Below are positions 20,801 to 26,610 of a stretch of 30,513 bases of DNA, piece after piece (the stretch's first letter is position 1; every line of letters starts with the position of its first letter). The position numbers and the translations under genes are program-made. The stretch is from positions 1 through 30,513 of the IMG/VR virus record IMGVR_UViG_3300044713_000276; one strand, written 5' to 3'. This DNA comes from a virus. Its lineage: Duplodnaviria; Caudoviricetes. The notes beneath the pieces are model-generated. The model saw only the letters and a program-made list of their open reading frames with translations. It did not search any database and was not told the origin of the DNA.

Positions 20801-23672
20801 GCTCGAAGATCACCGTATCAAGGGCCTGATCGGCGGCGGTTATATGCCCGAGCACAATTTCAGGTTTTCCGATCTGACGGCGGAGCAGCGGAAAGCTGTC
20901 CGCGAAGTAAATCCCGACGCCTACTTCACGTTCGAAGAGTACATGGAGAAGGGCAACATCGACATGGAAGCAGTTGCGTCGAGGATGGGCATCGACCCGG
21001 ACAACGATTTTAAGCTTGAAGACGGTACCGAGGTATATCTCATCAACCAATGGAATAGTGAGGCCGATTTTATCGAAAACTGCGGCATGGACGAAGCCAA
21101 GAAAGTTCAGTCGTGCATCGATGGCTGGCTCGGCTTCTTCTCCGAGCATCTGCTCAACAAGATCGAGAGGTTTGTACCGGTCTTTAAATCCATTGCAGAT
21201 CAGATCAACGCCGAGTTTTCAAATCAGCATGTCAGCACCGAAGACCGCGTGGTTGTGAAAGATGTCATCGCCGCTCTCGAAGACATCTACGACAGTGGTG
21301 AAGGGGACTCAGTTCTTCGCAAGGGGCTGGAGAAGGCGTGGTTTGAAGGTAAGGGATACGGCTACAATAACTTCACGGAAATGATGCGGGAAGACATCAA
21401 GGAGAGCGTCGTCAACGATGATGGCTACGAGGGACCGGTAGGCAAACTTCTGATTAGCGGACATCGCATCAAGCAGTACGTCACGGCGCAGGAACTGCTA
21501 GAGATGGCGCATTCAGGTCACTATGACGATTCCGAGCCCGAGTGGGAGATGCCCCGGGTATATGGCCCAAACCTCGAAGAACTCGATAACCCCCAGGAAG
21601 CGCTTGACGCGTTAGCGGACTACTTCAAAACACCGGTCGTCAGCCCGCGCAAGCTTGAGGAGCGCGGTCAGCAACGGTTGTTCAGGCGTCCGGAGACTGA
21701 TGAGGAAGCTCGGCGCGAAGGCCTCCATATTTCAAGTCTGAATACTGCCTCAAAGCTTTACTACCACGGCACCAATGCGGAAGCCGCTGAGTATATCCGT
21801 GAGCACGGCTTTAGCACCGAACAGCGCTTCAAGGGCATCCAGAATGGCCCCGAAGGAGAACTGACCTTCATCACACCTTCGAAGGACACGGCGAAGTGGT
21901 TTGCCGAGAACTCGACGTACCCAGGCCCCTATGGCGGAGAACCCAAGAACGGAGGCCCGGTGGTTCTGCCGGTGAATTTCTCCGGTCACGTTCTCGCGAT
22001 CCCGGGCTCGAAGTCAATCTATGAAGCCGCCCGCACCCTGGGCGTCAATGGAGGACGGACTCCGTTGCCCGATCTGAATGAATTCCGCGAGAAGCTGAAG
22101 GAGGCCGGATACGATGCCGTCGCCTTCCGTGACCCGCACGCCAATGGCCGCGCCGCCGTCGCTGTCTTCGATACCAGCAAATTGTTGCTGGCCGGATCGA
22201 AGACCGCCTCGGGCGCACCAATCCTGTTGAAAACTGTGGACGGTTCACTGCGAGGCTTCATCGAGACACAAGAAGAGTTTGAGGCAGAATGGTCTGTCTC
22301 AATTCCGTGGAAACGTGTCGCATACCTCGACTACGTGATAGTTAAGCCGGAGTCTCGTAGGAAGGGCGTAGCGACACAATTGATTAAGGAGTTTATTAAG
22401 ACCGCCCGCGCCAGAGGCGCGGAGGCGTGTCTATTACACCCAATCGCGGAGGGCGGGGTTGACAACAGTTCTCTGATTGCGATGTACACGAAATTGGGCT
22501 TTTACCTCATGGAAGTTCCAGAAGATGAGCATGACGATCCACCAACGATCATGGTAAAGGAGCTTAGTACGGCAGCGAAGACCGCCTATTTATCCCCCAA
22601 GGCTGCTGAACTTACAGTCGCTTTCGACTTCGGTGCTCGCCCGCGCTCGACCATCATGCTCGACCTCGGCATCCCGAACTTCACTGTGTTTGCGCTGACG
22701 TTCCCTATCGACGGACTCACAGGGGCGGACCTGGTCGCCTATACAGAAGATGCTCTTGAGGCCGTCCTCGATGAGGTTGCGGCGTTCATGATGACTCTCA
22801 AGTATAGTGAGGACCAAATTATCACTCTCTTCAATCTGGCCCGTCAGTGCTTCCGTTCTATCACGGTCAAGGATGCGTCCGACAGCCAGATGCCAGACCA
22901 TGACAACGCGATCCAGATGTATGAAGGCACCTTCGAGATCCCGGCTGAGTTTGTCGATGAGACTCATCTGCGCGTGATCACGGCGGCTAAAGAACAGCCG
23001 AACAGTGTCACCGAGACCCCGGAGTTCAAGCGTTGGTTTACCGGTAGCAAGGTCGTCAACTCCGATGGATCACCGATGGTCGTTTACCACGGCACCTGGG
23101 AATCGTTCGATGAATTCGACACCGGGAAGAGCTTCGACGGCGGCTTCCACTTCGGCACCGCCGATGCGGCCAATGCGCGGCTGGGACCAGACGAAGACAA
23201 CATGCGCGGGCGCAATATCATGCCCGTCTACCTCTCGATCAAGAATCCGAAGCGGCTCAATGATGACCCCTATGACGAGGACACGTGGTGTGAGGTCATT
23301 GCTGCCGCCAAGGAAGAAGGTCACGACGGCATCGTGTATCCGAACCGCATTGAAGGCGGCGAATCCTGGGTGGCCTTCCAGCCAAACCAGATCAAGTCAG
23401 CGATCGGCAACAGCGGAGCGTTCGATCCGAATTCAAACCTTGTCACCGCAGGCAAGACCGTCAAGCGCGTCCCCAACGTCCGCCACATGGAGTTGACGAC
23501 CCTCAAGCAGGATAAGAGTAACCCGGCCCGCGTGATCCAGCTTTATCGGAATCGCAGCCTTCGTTCCCTCCCCCGGCCCCACTACGTCATGGTCTACGAC
23601 CAGCGCGGTCGCGGCATAGGGGTTCTCCCCCTGGCTAAGAACTGGGAGCAGCGACTTCTTTCCCGCATGTAA
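14409..23672 (+). CDS. Giant polyvalent effector protein / putative polyprotein, ~3087 aa (NDT-like, 3x GNAT, ParB-like, 6x ADP-ribosyltransferase, Cys/His finger, 2x PcfJ-like)
   Basis: Uninterrupted ORF. The ATG at 14409 (after GGGGACAGGA) is preferred over TTG 14358 because the first recognisable domain begins there. Domains were recognised by motif and are listed separately. Confidence 0.9.
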   Translation: MAIEVKPPQEWPRDKFSIFLAGAIDMGAAKAWQSYVVKHLSAYDVVILNPRREDWDSSWKQEASNPQFREQVAWESFGLRDADFRIFTFLNDSEAPITLLELGEHITEPGAVCCEPKYYRKGNVDITGATNGMPVFESLNKLIVHLQTILDEKGLRLNPGKTASQEIVKRKLLTTDSTLSEEAQPQIEYQLGEGGDSVWVYTFEVPDGRHRRGLGSRAWKEFEDSLPSSVREIGLMATDYGDGPSDGFWQKMGFVRAYPQSKDYERRQVMRKRPKPGKTATLKSSQYAPVLRNAGEIATYIATYSSDEVDEEFIEEALRDTHAVLRELPIDSIREGDPDHNIPSKAKERQYSKLNLDTMPPIVVDNGQIEDGNHRYRVAKAAGRTTIWAYVVEDGEVQSDRKSIKSATGNSSKFSTKNRSITAALEDDSITGTSDFKQWFKRSKVVDSEGKPLYVWHGSNARFDEFKPNFENDGFTAFFTEDKALAQSYGGTLYQAYLSIQKPAPDRAVFEAAREAGLDEDFLQDEYPGIVLNADDEVVNLLKAKGYDGWIGMDSASTDAGDMEEAMTYVVFSPEQIRRITSKTAAGQTGLIEIDKDYGEVHGTVGTGREFLEQFFDDYGVRDDEESTRLLNDFADAGIALLKNIDVNDDRRGEGFGNRLLNLFLREAESKGAQVAFLIVDIVGDNEFDLTTWYARHGFVRETETEAGDPVMVLDPIRQVKSRKVAASTTEFKQGRFPTFQEFLESEGGLDALLSQDDWETIADRFDEPAFFNASPEEQKQMVRDRAFEDQYHSYENALAIHESHQWPMPVYREISLDGGIESLRTADTGIYWSWDIAAAEAHWGSGRNNFLLKGLVDQSAIDWRLTILHNMQISTGEDEKEITLRHGAKIKFVGYKKVEDLRRFRKDDGMWTPLPAVKSLKASQKSATEAKCGSCGCTWEEHHHLPDFSCKNEPGCGCVGWTDKKSAGLKIATSFGPLYHGSPFKFKIFRTRRGQREGQQYSLGAYFTDNRKAAERFAWGPNGNVRTVEVELNKPLDLRELGEDYTRIPEALPWLTSAAKHECRTVSCAGIYRKLEELDKKFNLVPRLKRRGYDGIIFDGSDEGTTYVVFYHNQIKDLPEQESATADSPVKVAASNKETSLRTGVPVTCFGFHGTASEFEQFNTSLLGSASETSDAKEGFWFSQNPLRAEMAAWDACQVIEGFDKQRDGERATVLECELRMDNPYVDARSLKTPGDSAQALKRAKERGFDGVIFTNGEMGTNFVVWNPAQIKIVDTVHPSKKVGAHGEQYFAWPHLVWQQPIGKRAASYDDLFRALITACPAIQGKVKQEVAWAKRSLKKSNRVIWWLRWYRIALADWLVYHWNATVPIGDTEVPEDNIKQVRDLATKYWQEGEAKSGSSRLFGDLRPHFDPATDPGWEHFLSFFEHVYSIDYAPIQNFDPGFKTIGAVYSTLNGFDREYAEQAKGTLSPQEEDSIFLDCGGGWAWWLLPRSSCDAEARAMGHCGNSPDSDRTDMSILSLRQGKTVGSKEVWEPHLTFILHRLGDDADSGTLGEMKGKGNAKPVPRYFPYIVKLLRDPRIKGIDGGGYKPENNFSPKDLSPEQLREVKEVNPDALLSLKQYYRENGFDDVVAARVAAKLGIKNEHTYDGFVVNSWESYDAFLKECGDREAEDLNLYLSTGNLGFFADYALENIDEESPLWTALAGQLLVEFGKRVSARHGIKTGVFEALKEIHANEDSKLRQVLEEGFDEARTATLSESEKKWRDDSSLQGLMYTALDNATEGSPTTFEHGRGDRYLQVIPDDYALDLALGNREVSIEKPHVYVSFNFSIDVLEAFIEKHLDPSVARIHALEQEGQGRLFKRPDTDEEAQENGVHVSNLLRKEAASYEEMFKPLLALAPGMKAKVDESIKWAKRVLKKQNRIVWWLRWVRLALIAAALKNPGANADSLKTLESKVQREMSGKADVAHAMTFGYLKTLQPDLSHLYSLDVSDIQEADPGWKYPEAFVLELRGYEKAYIDDASGSLSPQSDDEVFIDFGDGWAWWLLPRASCSDEAEAMGHCGNSPAGHRTDRNILSLRQQKNVAGREKWEPHLTFILHTDGKTAGVGALGEMKGKGNDKPKPKYFPYIIRLLEDHRIKGLIGGGYMPEHNFRFSDLTAEQRKAVREVNPDAYFTFEEYMEKGNIDMEAVASRMGIDPDNDFKLEDGTEVYLINQWNSEADFIENCGMDEAKKVQSCIDGWLGFFSEHLLNKIERFVPVFKSIADQINAEFSNQHVSTEDRVVVKDVIAALEDIYDSGEGDSVLRKGLEKAWFEGKGYGYNNFTEMMREDIKESVVNDDGYEGPVGKLLISGHRIKQYVTAQELLEMAHSGHYDDSEPEWEMPRVYGPNLEELDNPQEALDALADYFKTPVVSPRKLEERGQQRLFRRPETDEEARREGLHISSLNTASKLYYHGTNAEAAEYIREHGFSTEQRFKGIQNGPEGELTFITPSKDTAKWFAENSTYPGPYGGEPKNGGPVVLPVNFSGHVLAIPGSKSIYEAARTLGVNGGRTPLPDLNEFREKLKEAGYDAVAFRDPHANGRAAVAVFDTSKLLLAGSKTASGAPILLKTVDGSLRGFIETQEEFEAEWSVSIPWKRVAYLDYVIVKPESRRKGVATQLIKEFIKTARARGAEACLLHPIAEGGVDNSSLIAMYTKLGFYLMEVPEDEHDDPPTIMVKELSTAAKTAYLSPKAAELTVAFDFGARPRSTIMLDLGIPNFTVFALTFPIDGLTGADLVAYTEDALEAVLDEVAAFMMTLKYSEDQIITLFNLARQCFRSITVKDASDSQMPDHDNAIQMYEGTFEIPAEFVDETHLRVITAAKEQPNSVTETPEFKRWFTGSKVVNSDGSPMVVYHGTWESFDEFDTGKSFDGGFHFGTADAANARLGPDEDNMRGRNIMPVYLSIKNPKRLNDDPYDEDTWCEVIAAAKEEGHDGIVYPNRIEGGESWVAFQPNQIKSAIGNSGAFDPNSNLVTAGKTVKRVPNVRHMELTTLKQDKSNPARVIQLYRNRSLRSLPRPHYVMVYDQRGRGIGVLPLAKNWEQRLLSRM
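14901..15239 (+). other. Domain 2: GNAT acetyltransferase
   Basis: FEVPDGRHRRGLGSRAW (motif A) and GFWQKMGF (motif B). Confidence 0.75.
15264..15605 (+). other. Domain 3: ParB/sulfiredoxin-like N-terminal domain
   Basis: ELPIDSI...PPIVVDNGQIEDGNHRYRVAKAAGRTTIWAYVV. Confidence 0.8.
15681..16154 (+). other. Domain 4: ADP-ribosyltransferase, ART-PolyVal-like
   Basis: FKQWFKRSKVVDSEGKPLYVWHGS...AFFT...AQSYG...AYLSIQKP...KGYDG...YVVFSPEQI. Confidence 0.85.
16167..16577 (+). other. Domain 5: GNAT acetyltransferase
   Basis: LKNIDVNDDRRGEGFGNRLL...KGAQVAFL...LTTWYARHGF. Confidence 0.82.
16593..17183 (+). other. Domain 6: R-S-E clade ADP-ribosyltransferase-like
   Basis: PVYREI (R), GIYWSWD (S) and EDEKEITL (ExE) in the canonical order. 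Confidence 0.7.
17196..17303 (+). other. Domain 7: small Cys/His-rich putative zinc finger
   Basis: CGSCGCTWEEHHH...CKNEPGCGC. Confidence 0.6.
17331..17801 (+). other. Domain 8: ADP-ribosyltransferase, ART-PolyVal-like
   Basis: LYHGS...LGAYFTDN...AERFA...LNKP...RGYDGIIF...YVVFYHNQIK. Confidence 0.82.
17817..18254 (+). other. Domain 9: ADP-ribosyltransferase, ART-PolyVal-like
   Basis: GFHGT...EGFWFSQN...LRMDNP...RGFDGVIF...FVVWNPAQIK. Confidence 0.8.
18336..21740 (+). repeat. Domains 10-11: tandem duplication of a ~560-570 aa module with a PcfJ-like core (18336-20054 and 20070-21740)
   Basis: Both copies share WAKRxLKKxNRxxWWLRW, GWAWWLLPRxSCxxEAxAMGHCGNSP, ILSLRQ, WEPHLTFILH, LGEMKGKGNxKP and GGGYxPExNF, and end LExxGQxRLFxRPxTDEEA. 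E...MGHC, SLR and KGKGN are PcfJ-like. Confidence 0.85.
21753..22199 (+). other. Domain 12: HGT-type ADP-ribosyltransferase (PARP/ART-PolyVal-like)
   Basis: YYHGTNAEAAEYIREHGF...TFIT...AKWFA...AGYDAVAF...VAVFD. Confidence 0.75.
22212..22565 (+). other. Domain 13: GNAT acetyltransferase
   Basis: YLDYVIVKPESRRKGVATQLI...LIAMYTKLGF. Confidence 0.85.
22989..23441 (+). other. Domain 15: ADP-ribosyltransferase, ART-PolyVal-like
   Basis: TPEFKRWFTGSKVVNSDGSPMVVYHGT...GFHFG...PVYLSIKNP...GHDGIVY...WVAFQPNQIKSAIGNSGAF. Confidence 0.88.
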
Positions 23673-23694
23673 TTGAGGAACCCAACCTCGCTTT

Positions 23695-23702
23695 CGGTAT
23701 TA
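23695..23702 (+). promoter_or_regulatory. Recurring intergenic motif CGGTATTA
   Basis: Followed by 6 nt then AGGGGG, an RBS-like run ahead of GTG 23725. Confidence 0.55.
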
Positions 23703-23724
23703 GCTGTCAGGGGGCTAGTACCGC

Positions 23725-24171
23725 GTGTCGCAGCACAACCTTAAATGTTCGATCGATACACTCGCGCTCTGCGAGCTTGAATACCATTTTGTGACTGCAC
23801 CCATGCCCGATGTGCAAATAGGCGATCTGGTCAGACTGATTGGCCTTGGCGATGACGGTCAGCCGCTCGCTGGTAAGTACCTTATGCGTGAAGTCGCCCA
23901 GGTCCGCCACACGAACGAGGACAGTGACCAGACCAAACTCACCCTGGTACCTCTCGATCATCCTCCGATGCGCCAGATTCAGATAACAAATCCGACTCTG
24001 GGGACTTTTGTTTGCTGGATAGGGAGCCATGCCGAATTTGAGGTGGGCTCCAAAATCCGGCTTCTCGGCGACCTGACCTGGTGGACCGTGCAGTACGCCT
24101 GCACCTGGCTCCCAGTTCGCGCTCTCCCGACCGATGCCCGGATTGGATTTTTGAGCGAGGTTTACCCATGA
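23725..24171 (+). CDS. Hypothetical protein, 148 aa
   Basis: GTG start after a G-rich RBS; its stop overlaps the next ATG (ATGA 24168-24171). Two short beta-rich segments (VQIGDLVRL, FEVGSKIRL). Confidence 0.6.
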   Translation: MSQHNLKCSIDTLALCELEYHFVTAPMPDVQIGDLVRLIGLGDDGQPLAGKYLMREVAQVRHTNEDSDQTKLTLVPLDHPPMRQIQITNPTLGTFVCWIGSHAEFEVGSKIRLLGDLTWWTVQYACTWLPVRALPTDARIGFLSEVYP

Positions 24172-24776
24172 AGGGGCACGATTCTGAAAGGGAACTGTTG
24201 GTGATGCCCGGCGCGATCCGAGGCGAAGTCTCCATTTTCGACGCGGATAATCCGACGCAAGTCTATTTGCGCAAGAAGAACATCATCGTCAATGGAGTGA
24301 GTTTTTTGTTCGCGCGCCTACTTGCCAACAACAATGAGCCCCTTGCAGGTGTTTGGGGTCTAGCGGTTGGTCAGGGCGGTACGGGTTCTCAAGGCTGGTC
24401 GTCCTCGCAGCAGCCGGACCCGACCGCGACTCAGATCGCCATGGTGTCCGAGGTCAAGCGGAAGCAGCTTACCTCATCCACCTACCTCGATTCAAACGGC
24501 AATCCCACCAGCGCACTGACCACCTCGATTCAGTTTCTTACTGTGCTAAACGCCACCACGGACGGGATCTCGGTCCCCCTGCGCGAGATGGGTCTGATCG
24601 GCGGCGGCACCTCTTTGGAGGCCAACGGCGGCCCGACAAACATGCTAACCGCTCCCTATTTCAATCCGGCTTCGCCCGCCGACAATACGATCTTGTTGAT
24701 CAATTATGTGACCCTGCCTCCCCTGATTTTGCCTCCAGGAGTAAATTTTGGAATCGCCTGGGTGTTGAGTCTGTGA
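24168..24776 (+). CDS. Baseplate/tail-collar fibre-attachment-like protein (related to the tail fibre N-terminal domain), ~202 aa
   Basis: KNIIVNG...LAVGQG...PDPTATQIAMVSEVKRK...LREMGLIGG...INYVTLP...WVL is a pattern typical of myophage fibre-anchoring proteins. ATG 24168 has GAGG upstream and is coupled to the prior stop. Confidence 0.72.
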   Translation: MKGHDSERELLVMPGAIRGEVSIFDADNPTQVYLRKKNIIVNGVSFLFARLLANNNEPLAGVWGLAVGQGGTGSQGWSSSQQPDPTATQIAMVSEVKRKQLTSSTYLDSNGNPTSALTTSIQFLTVLNATTDGISVPLREMGLIGGGTSLEANGGPTNMLTAPYFNPASPADNTILLINYVTLPPLILPPGVNFGIAWVLSL

Positions 24777-24806
24777 CACAGAAAACGCCAGTAGAGGGGT
24801 AACACT

Positions 24807-25271
24807 ATGGGTGGACGTATTCTCGCATTTCGCGAGGAGAGGGGATACCGGCCCGTGCTGGTTGTCAAGACGGTAACCTTCTACGATCAGCGGGACAACT
24901 ACCGTCCGTGCACGATTCTGACCGGCGACCAGGTCCTCCTCCCGGCTGACGGCTCTTCCCTGGGCTCCGCCATGCCGTTCAACTACCAGTTTCAGCAGTT
25001 CTTCGAGCCACAGATCGGCCAGCGCGTCGCCTGGAATCAGATGCGGTCGAAGACCATCTACAGCCTCGATTCCTTTTATCGGCACTGGTGGAAGCTCCCC
25101 CTCATTTCCATCAAACAGGCCGATCTTGTCCTTATGGCCGCCGGGCTCGATCCCACTCACGGGGCCTGGGTGCAGTTCGAAGGCAAGATCCCGCTCTTTG
25201 ACCAGCCGGAATGGTGGAAGGAGCCGGAAGACGAGTTCTACGAAGAAGGGGACGAACTTCTCCAATTCTGA
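24807..25271 (+). CDS. Hypothetical protein, 154 aa, acidic C-terminus
   Basis: GAGGGG RBS before ATG; fills the gap in the + strand gene run. Confidence 0.7.
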   Translation: MGGRILAFREERGYRPVLVVKTVTFYDQRDNYRPCTILTGDQVLLPADGSSLGSAMPFNYQFQQFFEPQIGQRVAWNQMRSKTIYSLDSFYRHWWKLPLISIKQADLVLMAAGLDPTHGAWVQFEGKIPLFDQPEWWKEPEDEFYEEGDELLQF

Positions 25272-25308
25272 GGTTATGCGCCAGAATGTAGGTGAGGAGA
25301 TTAACTTC

Positions 25309-25665
25309 ATGGTCCCGCACAGCTACCTCAACGCCAGTGACGCACCCGACCAATACGATGCGGACATGTGTGGCCGTCAGGCCGTGACTCCCGAATTTGC
25401 CTGGGAACACCTGTGCGATGAGCCGCTGTACCTCTATAGCAAGAAGGCGGGCGAGATGGGCACCGACCCATGGATCATCGTGACGGGGATGGATAAACTG
25501 AACGACGGTCGCTACATCGCGGAGTTCGGTACGACCGGTCACTGGATTCTGCACCCGGACCAGTACCTGTTTGCCCAGCGCAGCACACTTCGCAAACTCG
25601 GGCTGCCCGATGGAGCGCCGGGCGGCCTACCACCGGTAAGCTGTGCGCAGCACCAACGCAGCTAA
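25309..25665 (+). CDS. Hypothetical protein, ~118 aa
   Basis: GAGGAG at 25294-25299 precedes ATG 25309. The longer ORF-track start at 25126 overlaps the previous gene. Confidence 0.62.
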   Translation: MVPHSYLNASDAPDQYDADMCGRQAVTPEFAWEHLCDEPLYLYSKKAGEMGTDPWIIVTGMDKLNDGRYIAEFGTTGHWILHPDQYLFAQRSTLRKLGLPDGAPGGLPPVSCAQHQRS

Positions 25666-25717
25666 GTTCGCCGATTTTCGATCTACTGGCTAGTATGCAG
25701 TATAGGGGATGACAACA

Positions 25718-25933
25718 ATGGCCAAATCGAAGCAAGCTTTCGAGAAGAAGATGGCGGCAGTAGACGCCAAAATCACCAGCCTTTACGAGCAGCTTGAGCA
25801 GACGACCGACGAAGCCGAGAAGAACCGCATCGCCGATGAACTGCTGCATCTTGCCTTCAATCCCGAAGGTCTGAAATACAAGCTGGTAGATGGCGTCTAC
25901 CAGATCGACGAAGATGAGGACGAGAATGCCTAG
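25718..25933 (+). CDS. Small acidic helical protein, possibly antitoxin-like
   Basis: GGGG at 25705-25708 is better spaced to ATG 25718 than to 25709. Coiled-coil-like sequence with a DEDEDE tail; overlaps the next gene by 8 nt. Confidence 0.65.
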   Translation: MAKSKQAFEKKMAAVDAKITSLYEQLEQTTDEAEKNRIADELLHLAFNPEGLKYKLVDGVYQIDEDEDENA

Positions 25934-26231
25934 AGCCGTACCCCTCGTCCCCATTGTTATCAACCCCGATAACTGGCCACCCGCCGTTAAGCGGCATTTC
26001 TTTCAGCGGGTGCGGGAACGTGGCCTGAAGGCACACGATCTCATCCAAGTGAGGCAGTGGGCCGCGCAGCACCCGCATTCTCGTCCTGGCGAGGAGTGGT
26101 ACAAGGTATTTCCGACCTTCACTATTGTGGGCCAGGGGCGGTACCCCAAATCGGTCCTGACGCCCGGCATGCATCCGAAGGGGCGCAAGCTGGCTCTCAA
26201 ATCAAAGCTCTTACAGCCGATCGAGCCATGA
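25926..26231 (+). CDS. Small basic protein, possibly toxin-like, ~101 aa
   Basis: ATG 25926 after GAGGA. Motif WPPAVKRHFFQRVRER...DL...W...P...G.EWYKVF..F.IVGQG.YPKS.L..G...GRKL. Confidence 0.65.
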   Translation: MPRAVPLVPIVINPDNWPPAVKRHFFQRVRERGLKAHDLIQVRQWAAQHPHSRPGEEWYKVFPTFTIVGQGRYPKSVLTPGMHPKGRKLALKSKLLQPIEP

Positions 26232-26563
26232 CCAGACACCCGTTTACCGACCCGCGTCCCGGGGACATCGTCGGCTTCGCGCAGGAACACCTGATGTCGG
26301 ACGAGCCCGAGCTTTTGCGAACGGTTTCTTCCGTCGATGGGGACTTGGTGTTCTTCTTCGAGAAGAGGGGAATACGCGAGCGTCAGCGGAAGGTTCGCAT
26401 CAAGTCCTGGACCTCCTGGTGTCGGAGGCACTATGTGCGCGTCCTGAGCCATCAGCACCACTGTATCGGCAGCCCTGTCGGGGAGCGCAAGCCGGACTGC
26501 GCCGCCGATGAGCCACTTGGCCATCCGGGGATGGCCGATCAACTCAGCAAGAAAGGATATTAG
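26228..26563 (+). CDS. Small phage-type hypothetical protein, ~111 aa
   Basis: ATGA coupling with the previous stop. DPRPGDIV...RTV..V...WTSW pattern. Confidence 0.6.
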   Translation: MTRHPFTDPRPGDIVGFAQEHLMSDEPELLRTVSSVDGDLVFFFEKRGIRERQRKVRIKSWTSWCRRHYVRVLSHQHHCIGSPVGERKPDCAADEPLGHPGMADQLSKKGY

Positions 26564-26610
26564 AAAGCGTCTTTTAGACCTCTCCTATAGAGAGTCTTTG
26601 CGTTGGAGTC

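Noticed and set aside
23676-23694. GAGG...CCTC mini-hairpin after the giant ORF as a terminator
   Set aside because: Only 4 bp and a 3-nt T run; too weak.
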